Source: a virus (taxonomy: Duplodnaviria; Heunggongvirae; Uroviricota; Caudoviricetes). From it: a stretch of DNA of 64,000 bases. The position numbers and the translations under genes were made by a program. Positions 63,129 through 64,000 of the stretch are shown piece after piece. The stretch lies in IMG/VR virus record IMGVR_UViG_3300029922_000006; one strand, 5' to 3'. The notes under the pieces were generated by a model that saw nothing but the letters and a program-made list of their open reading frames with translations, was not told where the DNA came from and searched no databases. Position 1 is the first letter of the stretch. Each line of letters starts with the position of its first letter.

Positions 63129-64000
63129 ATGCAAGTAGATCTAGCAAACGATATTATGACGATCTCTGGAGCCAGTGCTCAGTTTATTCAGACCCTACAG
63201 TCTGAGTTAACCTATACTGACAAGGCAAAACAGTATCAACTTCGTCGTCTATCTAAGTCAATCTGGGGACGTCAGTCACCGGACTATAAAAGACTTCAGA
63301 ACGAAGTTCATGGGCACCTTTTCGAGATGTCCAATAATGATCTTGTTTGTACCTCTTCCTTCTACGGATATTTTCAGGAACATTTCGCTCAGGAGTTTAA
63401 CGCAGCGACCGTCGTAGATAACCGTAAGCAGACTGGTTCTAAGATCGCTCTGCCTTGGAAGAACAAGCCTTTTCCATTGCGCCCATACCAACAAGAAGCC
63501 GTCGATTTGATGCTGAACAACTACCGGGGAGTGATTAATTTCGCCACTGGTCTCGGCAAAACCCTAGTCGCAACCCATCTTGTGCAACAATATAAGAAGA
63601 AGGCGCTAATCGTTTGCCCTTCTGACTCGGTTGCCAAGCAGTTCTACAACCAGTTTGTAGACGTGTTCGGACAGAACAAAGTGGGGTTCTATGGCGGAGG
63701 AAAGAAGAAAATTTGTGACATTACAGTTGGTATTGCTGCTAGTGTCTCTAAATATGTTGAAGAGTTTAGACAAGCCGATCTTGGACTTGTTATCGTCGAT
63801 GAGACCCACCACACACCAGCTTCCACCTTCTACGAGATTGCTAAAGGCCTTAGTGGAGTCGGGAAGATATTCGGTCTTACCGCCACAGATTATCGGTCTG
63901 ATGGTAAAGACATAATGATTACGGCTGGGTGCGGAAACGTACTCATCCGCCGAGACATCAAGTGGGGCGTGGACAATAAATACCTGGCCGAACCCGTATT
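63129..64000 (+). CDS. SF2 DNA helicase (UvsW-like), truncated by window end
   Basis: translated by hand from ATG 63129: LRPYQ, ATGLGKT, DETHH, GLTAT; absent from track because no stop in window. Confidence 0.85.
   Translation, partial: MQVDLANDIMTISGASAQFIQTLQSELTYTDKAKQYQLRRLSKSIWGRQSPDYKRLQNEVHGHLFEMSNNDLVCTSSFYGYFQEHFAQEFNAATVVDNRKQTGSKIALPWKNKPFPLRPYQQEAVDLMLNNYRGVINFATGLGKTLVATHLVQQYKKKALIVCPSDSVAKQFYNQFVDVFGQNKVGFYGGGKKKICDITVGIAASVSKYVEEFRQADLGLVIVDETHHTPASTFYEIAKGLSGVGKIFGLTATDYRSDGKDIMITAGCGNVLIRRDIKWGVDNKYLAEPV

Overview
A 64-kb segment of a large tailed dsDNA phage with a contractile (myovirus-type) tail; standard genetic code fits throughout, and no capsid, portal or terminase genes are in the window. 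(1) 1-15.7 kb: a leftward-transcribed accessory arm of more than 45 small genes. It includes lipoproteins (a metzincin peptidase and a collagen-PA14 protein), a triplicated unknown protein, a recurrent CTGA-N3-TA upstream motif and a dispersed 17-nt element. (2) 16.0-19.9 kb: a dense array of 35-95 aa micro-ORFs, several absent from the ORF track. They are chained by ATGA/GTGA overlaps and almost all carry the same amphipathic helix motif (hydrophobic-x-x-hydrophobic-L-x-x-L-[G/N]-hydrophobic). This is the most unusual feature found. (3) 20-58.4 kb: neck, Nudix-fusion, tail sheath, three tube paralogues, chaperone with a -1 frameshift site, tape measure, baseplate (including a 2359-aa J-like wedge) and fibre genes, several apparently leaderless (TATAAT-N6-ATG). 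(4) 58.4-64 kb: primase and DnaB-like helicase interleaved with homing endonucleases, then a truncated UvsW-like SF2 helicase. All functional calls rest on motif recognition and synteny by eye; no database search was run.
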